A DNA stretch of 60,965 nt, taken from positions 1-60,965 of the IMG/VR virus record IMGVR_UViG_3300035144_000004; one strand, written 5' to 3'. Positions 35,571 to 44,521 of the stretch are shown here, piece after piece; positions within the stretch are counted from its first letter, which is position 1, and each line of letters opens with the position of its first letter. The notes under the pieces are model-generated. The model was not told the DNA's origin, ran no database searches, and saw only the letters and a list, made by a program, of their open reading frames with translations. Source of the stretch: a virus (taxonomy: Duplodnaviria; Caudoviricetes). A program made the position numbers and the translations under genes.

Positions 35571-35910
35571 GCGGTTCCTGGGGATTTTCGGATACTTTGC
35601 TCAAAATACGCTCAACGCCCTTGCGCATAAAGAATCTAAGATCATCCCGAACTGTGGCATTAGCCATAAGCTTCTTGATGTCCACTGACATTTCAGTGAT
35701 AATCTTGTTTACGATTTTACGGGCGATCTCCTCTTCTAAGAGTTCACCCATTTTGGCGTAGATCTTATCGTAATCGATAGCCTTATAGGTTTTGACAAGC
35801 TCTGGAGTCAGATCAATCCGACTTTGATAATCAGTCTTAAAGAAGTCGCCGTTTTGAATTGCCTTGACGATTGCAACTTCTACGGCATCTGCAATTTTGT
35901 CTCTGTTCAT
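35551..35910 (-). CDS. Hypothetical protein
   Basis: AGGAG..GAGG RBS; 119 aa. Confidence 0.65.
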   Translation of the reverse strand: MNRDKIADAVEVAIVKAIQNGDFFKTDYQSRIDLTPELVKTYKAIDYDKIYAKMGELLEEEIARKIVNKIITEMSVDIKKLMANATVRDDLRFFMRKGVERILSKVSENPQEPLESGGE

Positions 35911-36236
35911 TTCCTCTTACTCCTGGTTGTTGTTTTCTCGTTTCTCAGCCTGGCAATCTCCATGATCTGAAGGCACAACTGGCAGTTTACGTGCTTCCAG
36001 CGGTAGTTGAGGATCTTCCGACCGGGCGGCTTGCAAAGCAAGCTGGATTGCCCATGTGGTCAGATATCCGTTTGTGAATGATGTCAGCGTTCATTGCTCT
36101 GCCTTTACAAGTAGTTGGTTTACGAGGTTCTTGAACTCTGTGTGAGTTGCGATAAAGCCGCGCTCTACCAGCCTGTATGCCGTATCGAGCCCTTCTGTAG
36201 GCGCGGCGCTTTTGCGTTTCATTCAGTATCGGCATT

Positions 36237-36425
36237 CTATACCTCAGTTGCCAAGTGGTGTGTTCGTATATCGGTGAGGAAGCGCTTTGGGATCCTGCCG
36301 CCGGTACTGCGTTCCCAAGTCCGGACTGCATGTACTGTCACGTCCATGTACTTCGCAAACTCACGCTGCGTCATGCCCTTGGACTCACGGAACGCCTTGA
36401 TTGAATCTCTGGTGATCTGTTTCAT
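36237..36425 (-). CDS. Xre/Cro-like HTH regulator
   Basis: IK.FRE.KGMTQREFA.YMDVT..AV.TWE; GGAGG RBS. Confidence 0.85.
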   Translation of the reverse strand: MKQITRDSIKAFRESKGMTQREFAKYMDVTVHAVRTWERSTGGRIPKRFLTDIRTHHLATEV

Positions 36426-36427
36426 GG

Positions 36428-36932
36428 TTATTTGACCTCCGTTTGGTTTTCGTTGTCAATTCGTTCATGTTCATATTCATAGGCTTTAGCAGCACGCTTT
36501 TCGTGTCTAAACCTTCCTAAAAACTTTCGTTTCCCTTTTATGTATATTGCTGCCACCCATTTTCCACGCTCTTTGTCAAAACTGACACCACGATACTTGC
36601 TTGATTTTTCAATCCTTGATCCAGATCTCTCATTGTTCTCTCTTTGAGACACATATTCAAGGTTTACCAGTCGGTTGTCAGTTCGGACCCCATTTATGTG
36701 GTCAACGTGTTTTTCAGAAACACTAACAAAAGCTGCCATTACTAGTCTGTGGACATTTTTCGTATTTCCTAATAATGATACACTTAAATATCCACTACTT
36801 GATAACCCTGGTTTGAGGATTGTTGGCTTTCTAAACCTTCCAAGATCGTCAACAAATCCAACACTTCTAACTCTTCCAATTTCGCTTACCTCGTAGCGAT
36901 CTTCATAGCCAATTTGCCTTCCATCTTTCCAT
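36428..36932 (-). pseudogene. NUMOD4-HNH-AP2 homing endonuclease whose start is out of frame
   Basis: Open frame 36931-36428 reads IGYEDRYEVSEIGRVRS...VHRLV...VDHING.RTDNR..NLE...SSKYRGV; the ATG at 36932 is in another frame. Confidence 0.7.
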
Positions 36933-37963
36933 TAAACATCCTCCAATCTTTGAAACTCGCAACACCAGACCCAGGGGTTGTCATCCCATGTGCCGTAGAT
37001 GGAGTTCCATATCTTTTTGAATGCAGAAACAGGGTTGCTTGTAAATTCACGCCACGGCCAGCCTTTGCCAAATGGCAAGCCGTCAACATCGCCAATGCCG
37101 TATTTGGTAAGCTTGCCGTCCTTAGTCACGGCACATAGCCCCTCTGCTATTGCATCATCATTGGTAATGTCCTGCACCCGCTCAACCCATACGCGCTTGA
37201 CCTTCAGCTTGATACGGCAGGCGGCTTTCGGCATGTTTCTCGGTAATTGGTCAGTATACTCAACCCATGTTTCTCCAGAGATGACACGAGATACTGTCTT
37301 GTGATTAACTTGATATTGACGTGCTAAATCAGAAATCGACACGCCAACATCATGAGCCACTCTGATTTTGTGGGCAATTTCCATTGAAAGCTTTGAGATT
37401 TGGTGTTCAGAGTGTATGCCTCTGCCGTGATATTTCCTATCGCTCCAATTGTCACTATATGTACCCCAGTCAAGATTTTCCGGAGCGTTATTAAGGCTAT
37501 TGCCATCAATGTGACGAACAACAGCTTTTTTGAAAGGAGCATTCCCGTACCATGCAGTACATACCAACTTGTGAACTGTCCTATTTACATCTTTTTTGTT
37601 AAGTCTCAGTGTTAGGCGCAGATAGTTGCTCGTCGCATTACTTTTTAGTTTTTTCCATTCACCGCTTGCTTTTGACCATATACTACCGAAAACGTCAGCA
37701 GCATACTTATTGTCATAACCTTTGATTTCCATAGCAGGGATCAGCACATCACCAGGCTTGCCGAATGGGGATTTTCTTGGATTACCTAAAGCATCAATAA
37801 CCCATTTGTTGCCTTGTAAATACTTTGGAAAATGCCTGCCATCAAACAAGCGAACTTTATCATATTCTGTTTGAAATTTGACTGGGCGCCGCGTCTGCGT
37901 CTTTGTACCGTCCAGGATTGCCCGCACCATTTCGCCGTTGAATAGTATTGGAATCTCTTTCAT
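36932..37963 (-). CDS. ASCH/PUA-like phage protein with an in-frame HNH+HTH insertion
   Basis: PILF...MVRAILDG.KTQTRR...PFGKPGD and MP..ACRI.L.V..V.VERVQDI...DAIAEG...NPWVW flank RHIDGN..NN...NL.WGT and an HTH. Confidence 0.8.
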   Translation of the reverse strand: MKEIPILFNGEMVRAILDGTKTQTRRPVKFQTEYDKVRLFDGRHFPKYLQGNKWVIDALGNPRKSPFGKPGDVLIPAMEIKGYDNKYAADVFGSIWSKASGEWKKLKSNATSNYLRLTLRLNKKDVNRTVHKLVCTAWYGNAPFKKAVVRHIDGNSLNNAPENLDWGTYSDNWSDRKYHGRGIHSEHQISKLSMEIAHKIRVAHDVGVSISDLARQYQVNHKTVSRVISGETWVEYTDQLPRNMPKAACRIKLKVKRVWVERVQDITNDDAIAEGLCAVTKDGKLTKYGIGDVDGLPFGKGWPWREFTSNPVSAFKKIWNSIYGTWDDNPWVWCCEFQRLEDV

Positions 37964-38310
37964 TTTACTGGTTCCTTGCCATAAAAGAATCGTTCAAAGT
38001 CAGTTTCGGCATCGTTTTCGTAGTCGTCACACTGTAAGGGCATTCGCATATCAGCGTCTCCAATAACGTCAAGTAAGCGTCTACGCTCCGCAGCGTATCC
38101 GTACATGGTCAGATTCTTTTTTCGGCATGTTATGGTAGTAGACCCATCACACTCGCGTTCTTTGTGAAGATGTCGGCACTCGTGATAGCATTTGTGGTCA
38201 TTGTCAGGGTTAAGGCGACAATGCTTCTCGTGCCATTCCGCGTGATGTTTGCGAACGTAGTATTTGCCGCAAAACTCACATATGTAATTTGTTCTTACGA
38301 TTTCTTTCAT
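37960..38310 (-). CDS. Cys/His-rich zinc-finger protein, paralogue of 33105-33413
   Basis: YICEFC...H...HEKHC..NP.N...C. Confidence 0.65.
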   Translation of the reverse strand: MKEIVRTNYICEFCGKYYVRKHHAEWHEKHCRLNPDNDHKCYHECRHLHKERECDGSTTITCRKKNLTMYGYAAERRRLLDVIGDADMRMPLQCDDYENDAETDFERFFYGKEPVK

Positions 38311-38839
38311 GTCACTTCCCTTTATTTCTGTTTTTGCGTGATTTGCGCAGTTCCCGGCGCTCCTGCTTTGTCAGTGTGGATAGCTGACGACTCCGCCAGT
38401 TGGTTGCAGCCTCAAGCTCTTCTCTGGTCTTGTATGGCACTATTCCGCCTCCTGGATCTCATAGGCCGGTAGCGTTTCACGGATCAGCCGCGCGTTTCGA
38501 CGCTCTTCGGCGAGCTGGGTTTCAAGCACGCTTGGAAGTTTAGAGAACTCCCGATCAACGTAGGTGTTGATGATTTCGCGCCACTGGTCGAAAGTGTATT
38601 CGTCCGATACGTCAATCACGGTGGTATCTGGTTTCTCGTCTGGTTTCAGGTCGTCCAGATCTCCGGTAGGGTATTCGCCGGTAAAAGAGTTCCTACTTCT
38701 TAACCAACTGACCTCAGCCATTTTGACGAGCTTTTGCAGTGATTTGCCGTAGACGGTACTCAATGCCCGGAGCTTTCCGCATTTCAGTTTAAGTTTTTTC
38801 TTCATGGTGATCCTATGGGGGCCGAAGCCCCCTGTTAGC

Positions 38840-39148
38840 TTACGGGTTGACTGCTTCTGTAAGTTCTTCTTCAGGAGCACGGCGTTCCTTTCGCAGGACA
38901 CGTAGGCACTGCTTGCAGTATTCTTCTTCTCCTGAATGCTCTTCGCAACCAGGGAAAGTGCATTGGTCAATCAGGCGCTTATCCTCCTCTTCGCAGCTGC
39001 GAATGGTCACGCCGCATCCGAGTTCCAGTAGGTCAAGGATTTCTTGGTGCTCTTGACGATGAATTCGGCTGTCAGTGATGTTGGAGGCTGTCTGTTGTTC
39101 CAGAAGGTTTCGAATAAGACCTATCTGGTTTGATGTCAGGTTTTTCAT
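38840..39148 (-). CDS. Hypothetical protein with C-terminal Cys cluster
   Basis: AGGAGTAGCA RBS (39154-39163). Confidence 0.65.
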   Translation of the reverse strand: MKNLTSNQIGLIRNLLEQQTASNITDSRIHRQEHQEILDLLELGCGVTIRSCEEEDKRLIDQCTFPGCEEHSGEEEYCKQCLRVLRKERRAPEEELTEAVNP

Positions 39149-39345
39149 GGTGATGCTACTCCTATCTTACGTGTTGTTTGTGGGTTGCGTTGAGAATATT
39201 GCGAAGGTCGCGTTCTTCCATCTCTTCAAGGCTTTTGTCGCCACGCATGGCAGTAATGCGGGACATTACCGCGTCGCTATTGGAAAGCTGCGGAACGGCA
39301 TCGCGGATCTTGTTCGCGAGGCGGCGCTTGTCGTGGGAAGGGGTG

Positions 39346-39534
39346 TTAGTTGTTCTGGTCATTGCGTTTCTCTTCTTTAAGAGAGTCAGTGATTTCTTTG
39401 ACGGTGAATGTGTCAGGGTCGGTTGTCCGGTCGGCAAGCATGTCGTTAAACGTGTTACTTTCCTGGCCTTCAAAGCCGTAGTGATCGGAGATGAAGCGCA
39501 GTGCTTCAAGCTTGGTCATGGGGATTTCTTTCAT
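39346..39534 (-). CDS. Hypothetical protein
   Basis: AGGAGTAGCA RBS (39539-39548); first gene after a promoter. Confidence 0.65.
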   Translation of the reverse strand: MKEIPMTKLEALRFISDHYGFEGQESNTFNDMLADRTTDPDTFTVKEITDSLKEEKRNDQNN

Positions 39535-39650
39535 CGGTTGCTACTCCTTTTGTAAAATGTGGCTAGGCTTTCCCTAGCCTGTTAACATAACGGTTAACCT
39601 CGTGTTACACATTACGGTTTTATCCAGTGGCGGTGTGCCTGTGTGTTAGT

Positions 39651-39679
39651 ATAGTAGTATAAATGTACTACCATGTCAA
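39651..39679 (-). promoter_or_regulatory. Sigma70-type early promoter
   Basis: TTGACA-17 nt-TACTAT on the - strand. Confidence 0.7.
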
Positions 39680-39749
39680 GCGCTCCGCAAAAGATTTTAC
39701 AAAAATAATCTGAAGTGGTATTATAGGTGAACTCAACCAGGAGGAAACT

Positions 39750-39962
39750 ATGTGGAATTGTTGCGGTAGAATGATATCAGACGGAGTGAAAAGATGCCGC
39801 AGTTGTGGCGGCGAAAAGAAAACTTACGGCGTGCTCGATGAGCCGAAAGAAAAGCGGAAAGAGCCAGCGACGGCAAAGAAGCCGCGAATACAGCGATTGA
39901 CCAACAAAGGTGATATCGCCCCCGACGAGGCTCCGGCGGTGAGTACGTTCAAAAAAAAATAA
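39750..39962 (+). CDS. Small zinc-ribbon protein, divergent orientation
   Basis: AGGAGG RBS; MWNCCG...C..CGG. Confidence 0.6.
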   Translation: MWNCCGRMISDGVKRCRSCGGEKKTYGVLDEPKEKRKEPATAKKPRIQRLTNKGDIAPDEAPAVSTFKKK

Positions 39963-40065
39963 AAAGGCCGTCCCAGGAGTAGCAATTCCGAAGAGGGACG
40001 GCCCAGAGTAGCAAGCCAAAGTTGGAGGGTAGAGGGTGAGGCAAGATGCCTGCTACTCGCGCTTA
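39951..40065 (-). ncRNA. Putative small antisense RNA complementary to the AGGAGTAGCA RBS motif
   Basis: Hairpin 40058-40006; terminator GGCCGTCCC/GGGACGGCC plus U-run, with loop ending AUUGCUACUCCU; upstream TTGAAT-16-TAGCTT. Confidence 0.65.
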
Positions 40066-40093
40066 TGTAAAGCTAATCAGTATTTCGCGTAAT

Positions 40094-40267
40094 TCAAGCT
40101 GTTGCGTGAAAATTGTCCTCCAGTATATTTTCGTTCATCGGCGCGGCAAGCATGTCCTCAAGCCGCCATATGGCATCGCGCTCAACCTGGCGCTGCTGTT
40201 CTGTCTCAGCTTCCACCAAACGGGACTCAGCCCGTCTGATGGTCGCCCTGATCTGGTGTTCGTTCAT
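40094..40267 (-). CDS. Small hypothetical protein (57 aa, absent from the ORF track)
   Basis: MNEHQIRATIRRAE...; ATGA overlap with the nuclease gene. Confidence 0.55.
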   Translation of the reverse strand: MNEHQIRATIRRAESRLVEAETEQQRQVERDAIWRLEDMLAAPMNENILEDNFHATA

Positions 40268-41328
40268 CCTTTCCTCAGATTAATGGATTGTTTGTTCGGC
40301 TTGTAGGCAACCTTAACCAGTTCGTTAAAATCCCTCTTTGCCGCCGATTTGGTCTGGTAGTCGCCAGCATCCACAGCCCTGCTGCAAAATTCCTTTTCCA
40401 TTGACCCCAATTTGGCATCGCAAAGACCAAGGAAGTCAGGTACGTCAAACCATTGTTGAAGAGATTCAAACGCCTTTTGCAGATCTGGAACGTAGCGGTT
40501 CCCTTTGGTTTCCTGGATATGAAGCCGGCCAATCTCTCCGCCTGCCTCAATGGTAAGTCGCTTGCAGGCTGCTTTGATTGCCTTAATGTGTTTCTCAACA
40601 ACGATAGCCTTTGCGTACATGTCCTCGGCGTTGTGAACGGTAACAGCAGTAACGCCAGTCGTTATCAACTCTTCTGACATATGACTAACCGCGTCACACT
40701 CCCCAATTGCTTTGCAGTAGCCGTCATTGCACCATTCCCCGGGGATGCACGGAGCGTCTGGGGCGTGGCATGCTTTCTCAACGCCCAGGAGCCATTTCTT
40801 GATCTCGGCAAACTTGGTGAACTCATGGCAGCTCACCGAACGAAGTCGGGGATTAATGATATACGCAATCACTTTCTTGACCCATGGAAACTTCTCTTTG
40901 ATGGCTAGGGCACCTCCAGCAACTTGCGGATTATCAACGCTGTCAGCGACCTCTTTAAAGCCGTATTTCTTTTCGATGAGAATTACAGTTTCAGTATCTT
41001 GTGTAACTTCAGAATGAGAGTCAACGGTGCCAAAGTTGACCAATCGACCGTCATTGTAAATCGGCAGTGTTTGTTCACCAATCCAGGTGCCAATACCATG
41101 CTTACAGGCAATTTTCTCAATCTCCATGTCGCACCACTGGACAAGCTGCGCCTCATCTTCAGAAAGGTTCTCGGTACCAGTCCACTCGGCATCGTGCAGG
41201 CGCGTACCCATCGCAGATAGATCAGAGTCGGGGCTTATTCGCCCTTCTTCCATGCGGAGAGATCCGGGGCAGTTTTCCCTTTTGTGTAACTGGCTAAATC
41301 CTAGAGAATGATGTTTAAGCGTTGTCAT
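40264..41328 (-). CDS. Cas4-like PD-(D/E)xK nuclease (DUF2800-like)
   Basis: H..L.FS......CPGS, GT.LH, FGTVD, IEKKYG, DNPQ, PGEWC...YC.....C. Confidence 0.8.
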   Translation of the reverse strand: MTTLKHHSLGFSQLHKRENCPGSLRMEEGRISPDSDLSAMGTRLHDAEWTGTENLSEDEAQLVQWCDMEIEKIACKHGIGTWIGEQTLPIYNDGRLVNFGTVDSHSEVTQDTETVILIEKKYGFKEVADSVDNPQVAGGALAIKEKFPWVKKVIAYIINPRLRSVSCHEFTKFAEIKKWLLGVEKACHAPDAPCIPGEWCNDGYCKAIGECDAVSHMSEELITTGVTAVTVHNAEDMYAKAIVVEKHIKAIKAACKRLTIEAGGEIGRLHIQETKGNRYVPDLQKAFESLQQWFDVPDFLGLCDAKLGSMEKEFCSRAVDAGDYQTKSAAKRDFNELVKVAYKPNKQSINLRKG

Positions 41329-41879
41329 TGCGCTACCTCCTCCGTCATTTTCCCGAGTTGAAATAGTTTGAATACGATTTTCGCTTCGTGCAATGCGTCA
41401 TCAGCCCCACGGTGAAGCTCAACGTAAGGCTCGTCTGGGAAGAAGTGTGTCCAAGCCTCTTCCACCTTTGGCCATTTAAATGACCCATATCGCCCAGGCA
41501 GCTTGCAAACGTCAGTGGCTTGCAGCATTGGACATGGCCACTCCTGTCCGAGGATTATGCCACGGTCAAGCAGGAATGTAAAGTCAAATCGCTTGTTGTA
41601 GGCGGTAACGGCATCGAAGCTGTCAATGTGTTTCTGGATCTCAGGTTTCAGATCTTCAAATAGCGGTGACTCGCGCACCTCTTCCACTGTCAGATCTGAG
41701 TTCTGAAATATCCATGCTTCTCGATCCTTTGCGGTCATACCGTCTTCGCGGCAGGTTGAATCAAATACAGTCTCTACGTCGCCTGTTTCAGTGTCAAGCG
41801 AGGCAATTCCGACCTCAACAATGAATCCGCCATTGTGGAAAAAATTGGTTGTCTCGATGTCAATAATTCCAATTTTCAT
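41325..41879 (-). CDS. DEDDh 3'-5' exonuclease
   Basis: IIDIETT, AYN..FD..FL, HRGADD motifs. Confidence 0.88.
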   Translation of the reverse strand: MKIGIIDIETTNFFHNGGFIVEVGIASLDTETGDVETVFDSTCREDGMTAKDREAWIFQNSDLTVEEVRESPLFEDLKPEIQKHIDSFDAVTAYNKRFDFTFLLDRGIILGQEWPCPMLQATDVCKLPGRYGSFKWPKVEEAWTHFFPDEPYVELHRGADDALHEAKIVFKLFQLGKMTEEVAQ

Positions 41880-41889
41880 ACTGCTACTC

Positions 41890-42246
41890 CTATTCCTGTT
41901 CGATAACGTATTTCTTAGTTGCTTTGCCTATCGCCTCACGTTCACGGATCATGCACGTAAAGCAGCCAGATTGGTAAAAATCAAACCGCTGGCCTGATTC
42001 AATGTGCTCTGCAAATACATGGTGTCCATTGGGCCATCCGCCATCGTAAGTATGACCACCGCCATCGACTGAGGTTGATACGACAACGCAGCGGCCAATA
42101 AGGTAGCTGAACTCTCCTGCAACCTCGATTTCACCTTTTCCTAAGTCCCATACACCTTTCTTGTTTGCGTAAAGAAAGTGCTTTGGAACTTCAGCATAAA
42201 CACAATCTCCCTCTTCCAAGTTAAATACATCGCCTTCATTAAGCAT
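41890..42246 (-). CDS. Hypothetical protein
   Basis: AGGAGTAGCA RBS (42249-42258) supports the MLNEGD start. Confidence 0.65.
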   Translation of the reverse strand: MLNEGDVFNLEEGDCVYAEVPKHFLYANKKGVWDLGKGEIEVAGEFSYLIGRCVVVSTSVDGGGHTYDGGWPNGHHVFAEHIESGQRFDFYQSGCFTCMIREREAIGKATKKYVIEQE

Positions 42247-42272
42247 ACTGCTACTCCTTTTGTTCGGGGTTT

Positions 42273-42349
42273 TGGTGTGAGAGGCAGGATTTGAACCTGC
42301 AACGTCCATTGACAACCAAGGTCGGCCGTGATGCTTTCACCACTCTCAC
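42273..42349 (-). tRNA. tRNA-like RNA; nominal TGG (Pro) loop on a bulged anticodon arm
   Basis: GTGAGAG/CTCTCAC then A-CCA; GTGA/TCAC D stem; GCAGG-TTCAAAT-CCTGC T arm; GAC-CTTGGTT-GTC. Confidence 0.75.
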
Positions 42350-42501
42350 AAGTTGCCCCGTTTCTACTCGGGGCGTTATTGTCTACAGACCAGGAATTTT
42401 CCAGGCTGACGGCGTCCTGCCGTGCAGCCAGGGGGATGTCAGCTGCGCCGCTTCCTCCGTCAAACATCCCACCTCCTGGGATGCCGCTATCGCCTCTTTA
42501 A

Positions 42502-42855
42502 TCATTGCGTTTCCTTCTCGATTGATAGTGGTGTCCAGAGCTTCTTCATGTGTTGCCATTTCTCTCCTAGGAACTTGCGGGCGCGTGGCTCATCGTCTGG
42601 GGTGACTTTGATTCTGACTGAGTAAGGGTAGGCTTTTCGCTGCATGATGTAGTAGATCAGGAGCCGGTGGTAATCAATCCGTGCTTCCGCGTCTGGTTGT
42701 TTCCAATCAAATCGAAAGATCAGATTCATATCTTCATCGGCGTTCTGCCATTCGGACAGGTAGTCGTCGAATGATTCATAATTGGCATGGTGATCCTTGG
42801 CGAAATAGCAGCCGTCGGTCATGTAATATGGGTGATCGTGGTCAAATAACTTCAT
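42502..42855 (-). CDS. Hypothetical protein
   Basis: AAGGA RBS; 117 aa. Confidence 0.65.
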   Translation of the reverse strand: MKLFDHDHPYYMTDGCYFAKDHHANYESFDDYLSEWQNADEDMNLIFRFDWKQPDAEARIDYHRLLIYYIMQRKAYPYSVRIKVTPDDEPRARKFLGEKWQHMKKLWTPLSIEKETQ

Positions 42856-42889
42856 GATGTTTCCTTTTTGTTTGGTTCAGGTCAAAGAC

Positions 42890-43822
42890 CTACAGACCGG
42901 GAATTTCCCCGTCCTCCGGGGGGAAATCAAGATTCTTTGGGTCTACTGCCTCTGGCTCAGCCTTCTTTTTCGTAGTTTTCTTCGGCTTGTCTGCCGTGTT
43001 TTCAGTCTCCATCTCAAACTTACTGACAGGAGTGAACCATTGATCTTTCTTGCTCATGCCGTTGTTGATGCTGTTATAGATCCCACGAAGATCCGCCATG
43101 TCTTGAGGTGTCGCCGCTTTCATTTTGCTTCCAAGTCGGCCCTCGATTTCTTCTTGGGTTACTCCGAGTTCCTTGAATGCCGCAACGCATTGCTTGATCT
43201 GGTCGGCAAGCGGAAGATTTGAGCCGTTGACGAGAGTGTTGTTGCACTCTGCAACTGCTGCATCAACCAGATCGCCTGGAATAATAGCAAGGATGCAGGC
43301 ACGCATACGCCGCGATCCCATGTTAGCATTCATCTCGTAGACATCGCGTGAGTCGTCAAGAATTGTGACCTCTTTCTGACCCGTCTGGCGATTGGTCTTT
43401 GAGCGCTGATGCTTAACAGTGAATCGCTTGGTTGAGCGAGTGTTCGTTTCTTTGTCCCAAGCAAACGCTTCCATGGTGCTTTCGCCGTGACGCTGTTCAA
43501 CTTCAGTTATGCCATAGTCCATGTTACCCCATGCACGCGCCAGGACTTCAGCAAGGCGGATTGATGGGCCTGAAACTTTCTGACCACCTTTCGGGTAGCT
43601 GTATGTTGCCTGCTCCGCCAATGCTGGCCGATGACATGCCTCCATAATCTTTGTGTATGCAGCAGCTTCGTCGCGGGGGAACTGCTTGGCAATGACCATT
43701 GAAGCCTGGACTTCGGCCACCTGTCGAGCGACCGAGGCCGCAACTTCAGTTGATTGGTTAACGAGTTGGCTGTTTTTGAATCCTGCCTCTCCAGCAGGTG
43801 TCTTCTTGATGAGTTGTTCCAT
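42890..43822 (-). CDS. Putative single-strand annealing/recombination protein
   Basis: PRDE..A...I...C.RP.LAE.A.Y.YP.GG..V.GPSIRLAE.LAR.WGN; lies upstream of the nucleases; AGGAGTAGTA RBS. Confidence 0.55.
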   Translation of the reverse strand: MEQLIKKTPAGEAGFKNSQLVNQSTEVAASVARQVAEVQASMVIAKQFPRDEAAAYTKIMEACHRPALAEQATYSYPKGGQKVSGPSIRLAEVLARAWGNMDYGITEVEQRHGESTMEAFAWDKETNTRSTKRFTVKHQRSKTNRQTGQKEVTILDDSRDVYEMNANMGSRRMRACILAIIPGDLVDAAVAECNNTLVNGSNLPLADQIKQCVAAFKELGVTQEEIEGRLGSKMKAATPQDMADLRGIYNSINNGMSKKDQWFTPVSKFEMETENTADKPKKTTKKKAEPEAVDPKNLDFPPEDGEIPGL

Positions 43823-44302
43823 GGTACTACTCCTTTCCTGTTTCGAGTGTTGTGGGGTCACAGTAATGCGTAAGCGTCATTTCATGTGCTCCGGTGATTA
43901 GTTGTTCGTACTTGCGGAGGTTATCCAGTTCGGCCTCAATCTTTCCCTTGGCACATTCCCATGAACCAATATTAATGCCGCGTTCAATTAGAATCTGAGA
44001 GTTATTAATCTTACGCTCTAACTCTCCAATCCGCATGTTGATAACATAGCCGATCTCGGTAACGTCTTGCGAGTTCAGTGTGATTACGTGTTTACCCATG
44101 GTCTATCTCTCCTAGAGCTTGAGCTGTTGATTCTGCAAGCCGTCTACGGTCGTCCTGATTACCCCAGTCAGTCTTGCCCCAGCCAAGAAGATGTAAACAC
44201 TCGTTACATTCAACAGCCCATGAATCTTCATCGGGAACGTAGGTCAACTGTATGCATCCACAGCAATCTTCGTGTGCGGGTGCGGTTGTTTGAATTGTTT
44301 GT

Positions 44303-44521
44303 TTACCCATTGCGATTCTCCCATGCTTCGCGTTCGTTTTCTCTGAATTGCAGCTCGGCGTCCTCTGGGTCTGGTCGATAGATGCCGTGCCTTTCGTTCT
44401 GGTCATCGATCAGGCAATTATCACATAAAGTACTCCCTCGGACTTCTGCATAGACTTTTGTGACGCGGAATTTCTTACCGCAATGTGGATTGGTGCATTG
44501 CACCGTGATTGGATCTGACAT
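44303..44521 (-). CDS. Small zinc-ribbon protein
   Basis: CTNPHC...LCDNC; AGGAGTAGCA RBS (44526-44535). Confidence 0.6.
   Translation of the reverse strand: MSDPITVQCTNPHCGKKFRVTKVYAEVRGSTLCDNCLIDDQNERHGIYRPDPEDAELQFRENEREAWENRNG

Noticed and set aside
37240-37740. Intein in the ASCH-like gene
   Set aside because: No splice-junction residues or Hint blocks at the insertion borders.
40264-41328. Cas4-like gene as evidence of a CRISPR-Cas system
   Set aside because: No array or other cas genes; this nuclease family is a common phage recombination component.
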